From contig NC_043023.1 in NCBI RefSeq assembly GCF_006345805.1, positions 9,672,001 to 9,736,000 of the forward strand: a DNA stretch of 64,000 nt. The letters run 5' to 3'. Within the stretch, counting starts at the first letter, position 1. Every line of letters starts with the position of its first letter. Below, piece after piece: positions 45,491-59,900 of this stretch. Below the pieces are notes generated by a model that saw only the letters and a program-made list of their open reading frames with translations, had not been told where the DNA came from and did no database searches. The stretch is from Octopus sinensis (Eukaryota). A program made the translations under genes and the position numbers.

Positions 45491-46711
45491 TCCCTTAACG
45501 GTCACGCATACCCTTAACGTAGTTTTCAGGGGAAACTCGGCGTGACACCTAAAGTGACTAAGCAGACCCTTTGAAATGCACGTGTTATTCATATGTAACA
45601 GTTGAGTGGAAGGGAGCACCATGAAATAAAGTGTCTTCCTCAAGGAGACAACGTGTCGTCTGTAATCGAACTCGGAACCTTACGATGGCGAACGGAATAC
45701 CACAACCAGTTAGGTGCCTTTACAAATACTAAAACAGCAACACCATGTCCCACAGGAAACCAGTAACGAAAACTGAATTTACAGAACGAAACGAGCTGAG
45801 AGAAATATTTCTCCTTGAATCATTGTGGCATTAAGTGAATCGGGTTGACATGGTGACATTAGAAGCCATAAATATTGCATTTGTTCGCAGAACAGGACAG
45901 CAACGATAATGGAATTAATGAATTAATTAATAATAATTTCTATAGAAAATGGCTACGAGCTGGCAGAATTGTTAGCATGACGTGCAAAATACATTTTGGC
46001 ATTATATGCGTTTTTACGTTCTGTGTTCAAATACAGCCAAGGTCAGCTTGTGTGTCTGTGTATATATATATATATATATTATATTATATTAAATTAGAGA
46101 TAAAACCATTAGGCAAATCAAACAGTGAAAAACATAAGCCAATACATAAAATTAATTTAAAAGTATAAAAGTTAAAAATTAAAAAATTATTAAAATAATT
46201 TAAACTTATAAATTTTAAATATATATATACAAATATATATATGTATATGTATGTATATTTTTATATTTATATATTATTTTGTTTATTAATTAATTTATTT
46301 ATTTATTTTTAAATTTTATTTTTATTTAATCTTTAAAATTTTTTTTTTAATATAAATATCAAAAGTATTGAAAATAAAATAAAATAAAAGTATTAAAAAT
46401 ATATATATTACTGTTTATAAGGAAAGTTTCTTGTCGAAGATACGTCTCGCTTTCATCCTTAGAAACGTAGAGTAGATGAAACCTTTAGCGACTGAAGAAG
46501 GGGTTTTTTCTTTGTGTTAAATGTCCTGTATTCTATTTTTTTTTGTTGTTTTTAAAAAATGTCCAGTTCCTTTTGTTTGTGTCTATGTTTTCGTTTCTCA
46601 TTGTGTTCGACGTCCTTTTGGTGTCCTGTACTCATATATGCGTGTATATGTACATGTAGAGGTAGGTACGTACATATATGTTTATATATATGCATATGTT
46701 TTATTTATTTA

Positions 46712-46803
<92 letters not shown>

Positions 46804-47258
46804 AGTGCATGTACAGTGGTTTGAGGCTATAGTAGAAGGCACTTGAATAATTTGCCCCAAGATAGTACTTTTGATCAGTGTTGAGATCGTCTCTCTCTAC
46901 TGATGGAATCTGATTAGATTTCACAACCCTTAGTGTTTCCCATCGCTCCAATCTTATCAATCGGCCCAAGAAATCCACGTGATCAGGTAGTTTTTTTTCC
47001 GTGAGAGATTATTAAGAAGATGGTGAAAGGGAAGCTTTTTTGTGTGGAATTGACACGCAAACCAATGCAATGGCTTCTTCACTTTATCCTCCAAAAGTCT
47101 AACGGTGCCTCCTTTTGGTCCTGTATTGACTGCAGTATCATCGCAACAACTACAACTATCATATCATTTGGTACTATCTCTCTCTCTCTCTCACATACAC
47201 ACACAAAGAAACATACACACGCGAACACACACAAACACACATACACACACATATAATA

Positions 47259-47340
<82 letters not shown>

Positions 47341-47343
<3 letters not shown>

Positions 47344-47519
47344 TAAGTAATTAACAACGATTTGCCTCACCACACACCGAATTTAGAAATAGCACTCAAA
47401 AAGTTTTGGCTATTCTTTCTACTTAAAAGGGAGATCCCAGTAAAACCAATGCTTTTCTGCTATTTCTAAATTCGGTGTGTGGTGAGGCAAATCGTTGCTA
47501 AATCCTTAATTACTTAGTA
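47341..47519. mobile_element. MITE-like element
   Basis: 40-bp perfect inverted repeats (47355-47394 and 47458-47497) plus outer TACTAAGTAATTAA/TTAATTACTTAGTA. Confidence 0.7.
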
Positions 47520-47611
47520 TTACTTAAACCTTCCTTGAATGGGTCTTTTACATGCCGAACTCTACTTGGTGAAATTAATGATTATTTCTAAATTAATTCA
47601 TTTCACCCTTT

Positions 47612-47674
<63 letters not shown>

Positions 47675-48147
47675 TATATATATATTTACATATGATTGCT
47701 TTCCCATCGAAAACAATGTTTGTTCAGTAATGAGAACAGAAATAACTCCTACGAACTTGAAATAATAAGAAGGCAACATTCAGGCAAATGACCTATTAAA
47801 GTGAAAAGTCACAAGATGCAGATACGAAAATGGTGCGCCCAGAACGGAATATTATCAGCAGAGAAACTGATAAGCACACAATATAGTTATTTACACAATT
47901 TAACTATCTACACATAAAAATTGTACAACACACTGAAGTTGTTTACGCTATTTACAATTTATTTATTTAGAGATAAAAATTCTGTAATAAAGTTAACTTG
48001 TTTTCATTGTTTACGGCTTGATAAGTACAAAGAATTTTATTCATCTTAATAACTGTGCATTTGTATTTTCAATCCTGAAGCTGTTGATCACGAGTTGCAC
48101 ATTTCAAACTTGCATTTTCCTTTCAGCAATATACGCAAGGAGGTATG

Positions 48148-48383
48148 GCAGGCGGCGAGCTGGCAGAAACGTTAGCACGCGGGTGAAATGTGTAGCCGTA
48201 TTTCGTCGGCCGTTACGTTTTGAGTTCAAATTCCGCCGAGATCGACTTTGCCTTTCATCCTCTCGGGGTTTATTAAATAAGTACCAGTTACGTACTGGAG
48301 TCGATATAATCGACTTAATCCGTTTGTCTATCCTTGTTTGTCCTCTCTGTGTTTAGCCCCTTGTGGGCAGTAAAGAGATAGGT
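48148..48383 (+). mobile_element. SINE family C
   Basis: Homology to the other copies. Confidence 0.8.
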
Positions 48384-49885
48384 ATAGCAGCATTTGACCT
48401 GCCGATAAAGACACAGTTGGGAGAGTAATAGTCTGCATGTGGTTAAGTGGTTAAGGTATTCGGCTTATAGTCGTAATATCATGTGTTCAATACCCGGCAG
48501 CGCGTTATGTCCTGGGGCAAAACACTTTATTTCACATTGCACCAATCCACTCAGCTGGAAAATATGTGTTGTACCTGTATTTCAAAACGGCCAGCTTTGT
48601 CGCATTCTTTCACCCTGGGTCTCCCTGGGGACTACGTTACGTGTTTGCGTGTCTGTGCAGTGCTCAGCTAATTGTTCATTCATTTCGCGAGCGGGTTGGT
48701 TGTCCCTTTGATAGGATCAACTAGAAACGTCATCGTCGCAACCGACAGAGTGCTAGTAGTAGCCGTTTGCAAGATTATTCGTATTTTGAAAATTTCACTT
48801 TCTATCTTCATGCAACTGATTTTGATAAAGTATTCGGCGATATTTCTAGTCAGGGTGCCTATGTAAGTTGGATTTTCTCTGTTTTGACGGGAATTTTTCC
48901 AGTTATTGTTTTTACCGCGCCTTTCGAAATGATGGTGGGTGGGCAGCTTTTAACAACAAACAAAAATTCGGAAAATTTATGAACTTTTTTCATTTCACCT
49001 TCCCCCAATCCATCTCGTCCGGATCGATTTTGGCCAATATTTTTGACATTACGCAACTAAAAGCCATACAAAGATCATTTTCGGTAAATAGAAATTTTCT
49101 AATTTTTTTCAGACAAAAAAGTGTTTGATCTAGAGAAGATTTGACTGTGATTTCTTTCACATCCCACGACCGTCTTTCTCGTTTCTTTGTCTCTCTATCA
49201 CATGTATTGATGGTTTTCAATATTTTCTCCCCATAAACACATTTATGCTAAAACCATTTTTAAATTTTATGATTTTTGCACCTCATTCGCCCATTTTTGG
49301 TTTATAATTTTAAAATATTAGAGAGCCTTTGAAAGCCATAGCTGCGATTTAGCTAAAGAGATTCTAAAACTTTCTGTTAGTAAATATATTTTTTCATACA
49401 CCCACACACCCATACACACATACACATATACACACACACACACACATACACACACGCACACACACACACATACACACACATGGGCGTCGATTGGTACAAT
49501 GGGAAAAAGGTTTAAAATTTAAATTACGATTATTTTGGTTCTATTTCAGGGATGGACCATGCGTTTGTCACTTTCTCATTATCATTCCATAAAATGTGTT
49601 TAGGAGGAGAAACATATTGTGCAATACACTGTAGCAGATATCAGCCCGAGTGAGGGAAGATTTATCCCCCTTTTGAGCCATAGCCTTCATTGTACGATGA
49701 TGTCTTTTGTCTTTCCACAGTTCCATCTCCATGGGGCCTCTATGCGTCTCTGGCGCATATGGGTCACATGTTCACCAGCAGCTCCGACACGGGCTACCTT
49801 TCTCATGCATATACTTTGTATAACGTTTTAAGTCATCCACAAACAGTGTGTAATTTTGGTATTTCTTTTTCCTTGTGAAGCCGTT

Positions 49886-50430
49886 TGTATGTATGTATGT
49901 ATGTATGTATGTATGTATGTATGTATGTATGTATGTATGTATGTGTGTATGTATGTATGTATGTATATGTATGTGTGCGTATGTAAGTCTATATATGTAT
50001 GCATGTATGTGTGTATGCATGTATATATGTATGAATGTATGTATGTATGTATGTATGTATGTATGTATGTATGTATGTATGTATGTATGTATGTATGTGT
50101 GCGTATGAAAGTCTATGTATTTATGCTTGTATGTGTGTATGCATGTATATATGTATGCATGTATGTTTGTATGTATGTATGCATGCATGTATGTATGTAT
50201 GTATATATGTATGCACGTCCGTATGTCCGTATGTATGTATGTATGTATGTGTGTATGTATGTATGTATGTATGTATGTATGTGTGTATGTATGTATGTAT
50301 GTATGTATGCATGCATGTATGTATGCATGTATATATGTTTGCATGTATGTATGTATATATGTATGTATGTACGTATGTATGTATGTATGTATGTGTGTGT
50401 GTGTGCATATGCATGTATGTATGTATGTAA
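49886..50430. repeat. (TATG)n microsatellite
   Basis: Direct inspection. Confidence 0.97.
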
Positions 50431-52044
50431 AAGCATTATGGAGATTCTTCTGATCATTTATTGATCTCTTGTGATGTGAACTCCAGTAACATTCATTTCT
50501 ACTCTCAAGTTTTGTCAATATTTAAATATCTAAATGTTATGATCTAACCAGATACAAATTGTTTGCCTGTTTCTGCCTTTACTTTATTACATAAGAACGC
50601 TTATAACGATAGAGAGATAGATTAAAGAGACAGATAGACAGAAAGAAGTCGTTGTATCCAGTTCAAATCCCATTGGGTCTCTTTCTGCGAATGACCTATC
50701 AATGACCATTTGCCATTAAAGTCGTGCGTGTGCGCGCACACACACTCGTGTATTGCTGTTCCTAAACTTCATTATTCAATTCAGCATCGAAGCCTTCAGT
50801 CTGATTTTACGGGAGAACAAGTAAGTACATTACATATAAATTCCAGTTTGAATTTAGATTTGATTGTAAAATTACATCTCGCATTTACCTAATTCATGGT
50901 TTTCTTCGGGTTTGAAATTATTATATACATGTTCAAATTTATGTTTTTTATTAAAATGAATCTTTATCTTTTCTTAATTTTTCTTTCTCTACTTTACGTC
51001 ATTTTCTACTAATCCAGTTTTCAAACATTTGAAATTACTAAGTTAAAAACTAAAAAACCACGCATCCCAATTTCTAATTTTAACGTAACGTTCGTAACTT
51101 TCAAACGCTTAAAATTACTTTACTGGAAACTGAAAAACTACTTATCAAAAATTCTATTTTTAACGTATCCTTTCTAACGCTTTAAAATTTCAGTTTCTTT
51201 TTTCTATGATTTTATTTATATTAAATACCATTTTTATTGGTGGTGGTTGGTATTTGTATGTGTCTCTGTGCATTGTTCTGCCTTGGAGCGTACAAACTGC
51301 TATGAAAACCGCTTTTCGTTATTTATTTCATCTTACTTTATTCAATTCTTGTGGAACTTTCACAGCAGCTTTCAACACTATAAAATTGAGCAATGATTGG
51401 CAATCCTGATTTCTTATTTTCTCCATTGCTACCTTAATAAACCGAGTATATGATGCTGCTCAACACTAAAATGAAATCTATAATAATAACCTGTGTGTAT
51501 GCATTAAAATTTTAGTTTTCTGTAATTCAGGGAATCTAAGTTATTTTTCTACATTCACTATTTTTGTTAGTATTATTTTCATTGATATTTTACTTAATGT
51601 GTTTCGAAATCAAAAGATCGCCTTAATTTTCAGAAACAATTTTTTACACTTTTTATTACATTCGCCTAATATTTTTCTATGTTTTAGAAGTTCTTGTTCA
51701 TTTAAATGTATTTGAACTGCTTCTGTCATTAATTTTGTTATTTTCGTGTTGTTTAAAATGAAATATATATTTGTCAGATGTTACTGTTTGGCAAACTATT
51801 TTCATTTTCGGAAAACATTTCTCTGATGATAGAGATTTAAAACCTATCATTGTTGCTGGCGATATTCTCAAATTATAGGTTTCGCTTTCGCTAATCCTGT
51901 ATTATAGGTTCTCGTTGAGGATAAAGTTTCGATTCTCTCTATCGAAAAATATTTACATTATTTACATTTGATGGATATGTGTCCTCACTATACTTGTTAC
52001 ACGTCCTCGCGTTGTGTTTTCTCTTTGTTCGCGTTTGGATTAAC

Positions 52045-52120
<76 letters not shown>

Positions 52121-52286
52121 TTATATGTATATATGTATATGTATATATATACATACACACATACATATATATATAAATATATATTCACATATATATGTAT
52201 TTCTCCATGTAAACTACAGACAAAATAGTTTTTGAATTTTAACCGTTGTCTGCGAAAATTGTGACACACACACACACACACACACA

Positions 52287-52348
<62 letters not shown>

Positions 52349-53059
52349 TATATGTTTAATTGGATAAGCGTGTATATGTGCGCGTGTAAATGCGACTATA
52401 TGATTGCTTGTGCCTGTAAAAAATGCATAAGTAGGTTTATATTTTCATTTATGTATCTAAGAGTGTGTATCCATTCACCGTTACACGGTAGCGAGAGGGA
52501 CATGTACATATATATATATATATGTTCCTCTCAACACCTCACAAGCGGTGTAACGGTGTATGGATACAATGTCTTAGATGCATAGATGCTAACAATTGTA
52601 AACCTACTTATAAACGTGTGAACGTATGTTTATGTACAGATATGTACATACACTTGTGTTGTATACACACAGACAACCTTCGACAGAGTAAGTGTCATAT
52701 ATACAACTTATGTGTATATACAACATATATGTATCCACATATCAGTACATGAACATACATTCACATTTTCAAGTACATACATATACACAGAAACGTCTGT
52801 ACACATACTTACAAACGTCTACAACACTTACATACCTACATAACTACATAAATACATATGAACATACATATATGGATAGGCATGTACACATATACATACG
52901 CTCATCCTTACATGCACACATACGCACACATACATACATATATACATGCATACATACATACATACATACATAAATACATACATACATACATACATACATA
53001 CATACATACATACATACATACATACATACATTCATACATGTATGCATACTAAAGAATAT

Positions 53060-54470
53060 TACAGCCAAATAAAGAAAATTTGGACCTCAGAACTCTCTGA
53101 ATTCAATAAAACAGTGGCCCACTAAGTGTTTGCAGTGCCAGTACTCTTATCAGCATTTCGGCCGCTTGATTGGACGCTTGATAAGATCCATTGATGTGAA
53201 AACCCAAAAGATACTAACAAGCACACATAATTTTCACATAAACTGTGACGTAGCCCTCCCTTACCTAGAACGAAAGCAAATCGGCAGAAGCTTAACGTCG
53301 ATCCGAAATGTCTTTGAATGTCGCATCATATCTCTTGTGTAACATCTTTTACCACCGAGTGTCAAAGTGCATCTCTTTGCCAAATGTGCATAGATGAGGC
53401 TGATAACATCATAAGACTTGGAAGGCAGCTCCTTGAGCCACACTCTGTCTGATAACCTAGAATACATGGCGAAAGATGTCACACGAGTCTATTGCAACTT
53501 ATTATCAGATGAAAGGATGAGCAGCAGACTATGCATCGATATGTTATTAGAAAGTTAACATCGATCATCAATATTGTTTATCATGTACCAACAGCCGGAT
53601 TACTATCTCCCACTTTGAAGAGTATGCATTTGCAATCCAGGAACAGGAAATATCAACCAAGAACCTGATGCACAAAAGCGATAGATATGTGGGACAAGCC
53701 GTAAAATATGACAAACGGATGCAGAATTTGTGGATTTCACACTAAGGATATCACCCACATTAAAAGCACTTGTCCGAAAATGTCATCTACCGATGAGACA
53801 TGTCATTGTAGGTAAGACACGATGTAATCTACTCCATCTGAAGGATAATCCGGAAGACAAAGAAATAAACCGTCCAATATAGTAGAAGCCACAGCCTCTC
53901 AAAATGAAAAGGAACGTACCAGTGAAAATCTAAAAAAAATGTAAGCTCGGCAGACCTCATACAATGATTTGGGATAGAAAAGAGAAACCGTGCACAGTTG
54001 TGGAAATTAGCTGCCCAGCAGATGTTAACGTAAAACGGAAGATTAGGGAAAAAGAGAGCACCTATGCTGAACTATTGCGAAATCTACAGTTACTCTGTCC
54101 AGAATACAAGTTCACGTTTATTCATGTAATTATTGGGGCCATGTGATACACTGCCTAAATACCAATCTTGAAACATTAGTCTTCTTGAAACCAGAAAGGA
54201 TACAGCTAATTCGAAAGCTACAGATCCAATCCATCACTGGAATTATAAATATCTGTAAAACTTTCTAGAATCTTATCATCTAAATATATATGATCATGTC
54301 TAGATATGTAGCTCTATGCATTAGATTACGTACATAAAACATACAAATCTGCACATACATACTTATATACATACAAGCAAAAATACCCTGTTGTTGACTT
54401 TGAAGTTCCGATGAAAGAACATTCGATTTAGGTTAGAAACCGGTTCTTTCTCTATTGGCAAGAAATCTTG
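53060..54470 (+). mobile_element. Degenerate RLE-type (R2/R4/NeSL group) non-LTR retrotransposon 3' part
   Basis: ..THNFHINCDV..YLERKQIGRSL.., CxxC..DITHI..CPKM and MIWDRKEKPCTVVEISCPAD..KE..YAELL motifs. Confidence 0.75.
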
Positions 54471-54520
54471 AAATGAACTGATTGATGACTTACATATATA
54501 TCATGAGTTAACTGATATAT

Positions 54521-54676
54521 GTGGCTGTGTGGTAAGTAGCTCGCCTACCAACAACATGGTTCCGGGTTCAGTCCCACTGCGTGGCACCTTGGGCAAGTGT
54601 CTTTTACTATAGCCTCGGGCCGACCAAATGCTTGTGAGTGAATTTGGTAGACGGAAACTGAAAGAAGACCGTCGTA

Positions 54677-54759
<83 letters not shown>

Positions 54760-55000
54760 GTGTGTGTGTGTGTGTGCGTGTATGTTTGTGTGTCTGTGTC
54801 TGTCCCCCTAGCATTGCTTGACAACTGATGCTGGTGTATTTATGTCCCCGTCACTTAGCGGTTCGGCAAAAAGAGACCGGTAGAATAAGTACTGGGCTTA
54901 CAAAGAATAAGTCCTGGGGTCGAGTTGCTCGACTAAAGGCGGTGCTCCAGCCTGGCCGCAGTCAAATGACTGAAACAAGTAAAAGAGTAAAAGAGTAAAT
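54521..55000 (+). mobile_element. SINE family B
   Basis: Homology to the other copies. Confidence 0.85.
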
Positions 55001-55202
55001 GAGTTAACTGTTACTTTCTTAGATGCAGCACGGGCTTTTATCAGTGAACAGCTCCCGGTTTCAAAGCGACGAAAATATTTTTGCAAATTAAATTTAAATG
55101 TTGAAGTGAATCTAACGGTGTGTTTTTCGATGGCTTATAAACACTTTTCATGATGCAATTGTGTACAGACATATATATATATAGATAGATAGATAGATAG
55201 AA

Positions 55203-55325
<123 letters not shown>

Positions 55326-56070
55326 CAGATATATTGTTACGGAGGCAAGAAAAAGTAAACGAACAGAAAACATTATGCCCCTTGTTCCATTAGTTGGAAC
55401 CGAACCGGCGCTCCAGTTGTTCAGGACAATGGTATTTCCTTTGTCCTGTCAAAGACCACGATTATTAATGATCCAAGGTATTGAAATATGGTCCCAACAC
55501 GGTCACGGAAAGTTAAAAAAAAATAATAATTCTCCCCGTTATATATACGAGTGGCGTTAAGTTGGTTAGTCGGTCGGAGTTGGTCGGTCAGCCAGAAACC
55601 GTGAGCGGAGCGGACAAGACAGTGAGTTGGAGATGGTGGAGACGGCGAGAGGCAGCGACAAAGATGACAGGCGTGGTCTAGAGAAAGACAGAAAGTGAGT
55701 GTGAGACATGACAAGCGAGAGGAAGTAAGGAAGATGACAGTGAAGGGGGCAGAGAGAGACATAAGGAACCGGACTGTTATAGTGGGAGTTTTGTGATGAG
55801 TGTTGCAGGCTGGAACATGCGATAATGTGCTTTTTCTTTGTGTTTTGAATTTCGATGTTTAAAAGTTTGAAAATGAAAGAGAAACAAAAGAGGAAAAAAA
55901 CGTGTTGTGGGCTGTTTTCAAAAGAAAAGAAAAGGAAGAAAAAAGAGAACTTGAAACTCTAAGAGACTGTTGGTTTTGAACTTTGTGCCAAAAGTAAACA
56001 AAACGATGTGTCTTGAAAAAAAAAAGAAAATCGAACAGTATTGTCAAATGTTAAATGATTGTTTTTTGAT

Positions 56071-56715
56071 CTCTGTATTATGTTTGAATGCATTTTATTT
56101 GGTTTTTCGAACTCTGTATTATGTTTGAATGCATTTGATTTGGTTTTTCGAACTCTGTATTATGTTTAAATGAATTTTATTTGGTTTTTCGAACTCTGTA
56201 TTATGTTTAAATGCATTTGATTTGGTTTTTCGAACTCTGTATTATGTTTGAATGCATTTGATTTGGTTTTTCGAACTCTGTATTATGTTTGAATGCATTT
56301 GATTTGGTTTTTCGAACTCTGTATTATGTTTGAATGCATTTGATTTGGTTTTTCGAACTCTGTATTATGTTTAAATGAATTTTATTTGGTTTTTCGAACT
56401 CTGTATTATGTTTAAATGCATTTGATTTGGTTTTTCGAACTCTGTATTATGTTTGAATGCATTTTATTTGGTTTTTCGAACTCTGTATTATGTTTTAATG
56501 CATTTTATTTGGTTTTTCGAACTCTGTATTATGTTTTAATGCATTTTATTTGGTTTTTCGAACTCTGTATTATGTTTGAATGCATTTGATTTGGTTTTTC
56601 GAACTCTGTATTATGTTTGAATGCATTTGATTTGGTTTTTCGAACTCTGTATTATGTTTAAATGCATTTGATTTGGTTTTTCGAATTCTGTATTATGTTT
56701 GAATGCATTTGATTG
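56071..56715. repeat. 41-bp minisatellite, about 15-16 copies (GAACTCTGTATTATGTTTGAATGCATTTGATTTGGTTTTTC)
   Basis: Direct inspection; period 41. Confidence 0.95.
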
Positions 56716-56889
56716 TTCTTCCAAATCTGTAGGTGATTTGTCAACCTTTGTTTTGGAATGCTTTGATTTTGTTTTTAAAAAAAATTTTCAATTACGCAAC
56801 TTCCGCTGAGTCTCTTTTGTTGTCGTATTTATTCCTGGCTGCGTCCGCCGCCTTTCCCCGCTTCCCGTGGTGGAATCGGAAGGCCTTGG

Positions 56890-56989
56890 NNNNNNNNNNN
56901 NNNNNNNNNNNNNNNNNNNNNNNNNNNNNNNNNNNNNNNNNNNNNNNNNNNNNNNNNNNNNNNNNNNNNNNNNNNNNNNNNNNNNNNNN
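56890..56989. other. Assembly gap (100 N)
   Basis: Run of N; 100 is probably a placeholder, so the true size is unknown. Confidence 0.99.
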
Positions 56990-59900
56990 GGTCGAGGGAT
57001 TGCAGTTTCGAATCTCAGACCAGGCGATGTGTGTGTTTATGAGCAAAACACCTAAGCTCCACTTGGCTCCGGCAGAAGGTAATGGCGAACTTCTGCTGAC
57101 TCTTTCATCACAACCTCTCCTCACTCTTTCTTCCTGCATCTTGTGGAGGCACATGGCCTAGTGGTTAGAGCAGCGGACTCGCGGTCGAGGGATTGCAGGA
57201 TCGAATCTCAGACCAGGCGATGTGTGTGTTTATGAGCGAAACACCTAAGCTCCACTTGGCTCCGGCAGAAGGTAATGGCGAACTTCTGCTGACTCTTTCA
57301 TCACAACCTCTCCTCACTCTTTCTTCCTGCATCTTGTGGAGGCACATGGCCTAGTGGTTAGAGCGCGGACTCGCGGTCGAGGATTGCAGTTTCGAATCTC
57401 AGACCAGGCGATGTGTGTTTTATGAGCGAACACCTAAGCTCCACGCGCTCCGGCAGAATGTTAGCGAACTTCTGCTGACTCTTTCAAACTCTTTATCCCA
57501 ACTTCTCCTCACTCTTTCTTCCTGCATCCTGTTGAGGCACATGGCCTAGTGGTTAGAGCAGGCGGACTCGCGGTTGAGGGATTGCAGGTTCGAATCTCAG
57601 ACCGGGCGATGTGTGTGTTTATGAGCAAAACACCTAAGCTCCACTTGGCTCCGGCAGAAGGTAATGGCGAACTTCTGCTGACTCTTTCATCACAACCTCT
57701 CCTCACTCTTCTTCCTGCATCTTGTGAGGCACATGGCCTAGTGGTTAGAGCAGCGGACTCGCGGTCGAGGGATGCAGTTTCAATCTCAGACCAGGCGATT
57801 GTGTTGTTTATGAGCAAAACACCTAAGCTCCACGCGGCTCCGGCAGAAGGTAATGGCGAACTTCTGCTGACTCTTTCATCACAACCTCTCCTCACTCTTT
57901 CTTCCTGCATCTTGTGGAGCACATGGCCTAGTGGTTAGAGCAGCGGACTCGCGGTCGAGGGATTGCAGTTTTTCGAATCTCAGACAGGCGATCGTGTGTG
58001 TTTATGAGCGAAACACCTAAGCTCCACGCGGCTCCGCAGAGGTAATGGCGAACTTCTGCTGACTCTTCATCACAACTTCTCCTCACCTTTCTTCTCCTGC
58101 ATCTTGTGGAGGCACATGGCCTAGTGGTTAGAGCAGCGGACTCGCGGTCGAGGGATTGCAGATTCGAATCTCAGACCAGGCGATGTGTGTGTTTATGAGC
58201 GAAACACCTAAGCTCCACGCGGCTCCGGCAGAAGGTAATGGCGAACTTCTGCTGACTCTTTCATCACAACCTCTCCTCACTCTTTCTTCCTGCATCTTGT
58301 GGAGGCACATGGCCTAGTGGTTAGAGCAGCGGACTCGCGGTCGAGGGATTGCAGTTTCGAATCTCAGACCAGGCGATGTGTGTGTTTATGAGCGAAACAC
58401 CTAAGCTCCACTTGGCTCCGGCAGAAGGTAATGGCGAACTTCTGCTGACTCTTTCATCACAACCTCTCCTCACTCTTTCTTCCTGCATCTTGTGAGGCAC
58501 ATGGCCTAGTGTTAGAGCAGCGGACTCGCGGTCGAGGGATTGCTTTCGAATCTCAGACCAGGCGATGTGTGTGTTTATGAGCGAAACACCTACTCCACTT
58601 GGCTCCGGCAGAAGGTAATGGCGAACTTCTGCTGACTCTTTCATCACAACCTCTCCTCACTCTTTCTTCCTGCCTGCTCCTGTTGAGCACATGGCCTAGT
58701 GGTTAGAGCAGCGGACTCGCGGTTGAGGGATTGCAGGTTCGAATCTCAGACCAGGCGATGTGTGTGTTTATGAGCGAAACACCTAAGCTCCACTTGGCTC
58801 CGGCAGAAGGTAATGGCGAACTTCTGCTGACTCTTTCATCACAACCTCCCCTCACTCTTTCTTCCTGCATCCTGTTGAGGCACATGGCCTAGTGGTTAGA
58901 GCAGCGGACTCGCGGTTGAGGGATTGCAGGTTCGAATCTCAGACCAGGCGATGTGTGTGTTTATGAGCGAAACACCTAAGATCCACTTGGCTCCGGCAGA
59001 AGGTAATGGCGAACTTCTGCTGACTCTTTCATCACAACCTCTCCTCACTCTTTCTTCCTGCATCCTGTTGAGGCACATGGCCTAGTGGTTAGAGCAGCGG
59101 ACTCGCGGTTGAGGGATTGCAGGTTCGAATCTCAGACCAGGCGATGTGTGTGTTTATGAGCGAAACACCTAAGCTCCACGCGGCCCCAGCAGAAGGTAAT
59201 GGCGAACTTCTGCTGACTCTTTCATCACAACCTCTCCTCACTCTTTCTTCCTGCATCCTGTTGAGGCACATGGCCTAGTGGTTAGAGCAGCGGACTCGCG
59301 GTTGAGGGATTGCAGGTTCGAATCTCAGACCGGGCGATGTGTGTGTTTATGAGCAAAACACCTAAGCTCCACTTGACTCTGGCAGAAGGTATGGTGAACT
59401 TCTGCTGACTCTTTCATCACAACTTCCCCTCACTCTTTCTTCCTCCTCCTTTGGAGGCACATGCCTAGTGGTTAGAGCACGGACCCGCGGTTGAGGGATT
59501 GCAGGTTCGAATCTCAGACCAGGCGCTTTTTGTGTTTATGAGCGAAACACCTAAGATCCACTTGGCTCCGGCAGAAGGTAATGGCTAACTTCTGCTGACT
59601 CTTTCATCACAACTTCCCCTCACTCTTCTTCCTGTTCCTGCATCCTGTTGAGGCACATGGCCTAGTGGTTAGAGCAGCGGACTCGCGGTTGAGGGATTGC
59701 AGGTTCGAATCTCAGACCAGGCGATGTGTGTGTTTATGAGCGAAACACCTAAGATCCACTTGGCTCTGGCAGAAGGTAATGGTGAACTTCTGCTGACTCT
59801 TTCGCTACAACTCTCTCTCACTCTTACCTCCTGCATCTTGCAGCTCACCTGCGACGAACCGGCGTCCCGTCCAGGTGGGGAACCTATACGCCAAGAAACC

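Noticed and set aside
46430-46500. Hammerhead-like TCGAAGA..GAAACGTA and CTGAAGAAGG
   Set aside because: The core is scrambled or lacks its partner GAAA, and there is no stem I.
49721-49830. Possible exon after a strong acceptor (gtctttccacAG)
   Set aside because: There is no convincing donor, no recognisable domain in any frame, and no partner exons.
54408-54450. Hammerhead-like CCGATGA...GAAACCGGTT in a LINE 3'UTR
   Set aside because: U4 is mutated, and neither stem I nor stem II can form.
56071-56715. CRISPR array or heat-shock element array
   Set aside because: These are contiguous 41-bp repeats without spacers, and TTCGAA lacks the nGAAn spacing of an HSE.
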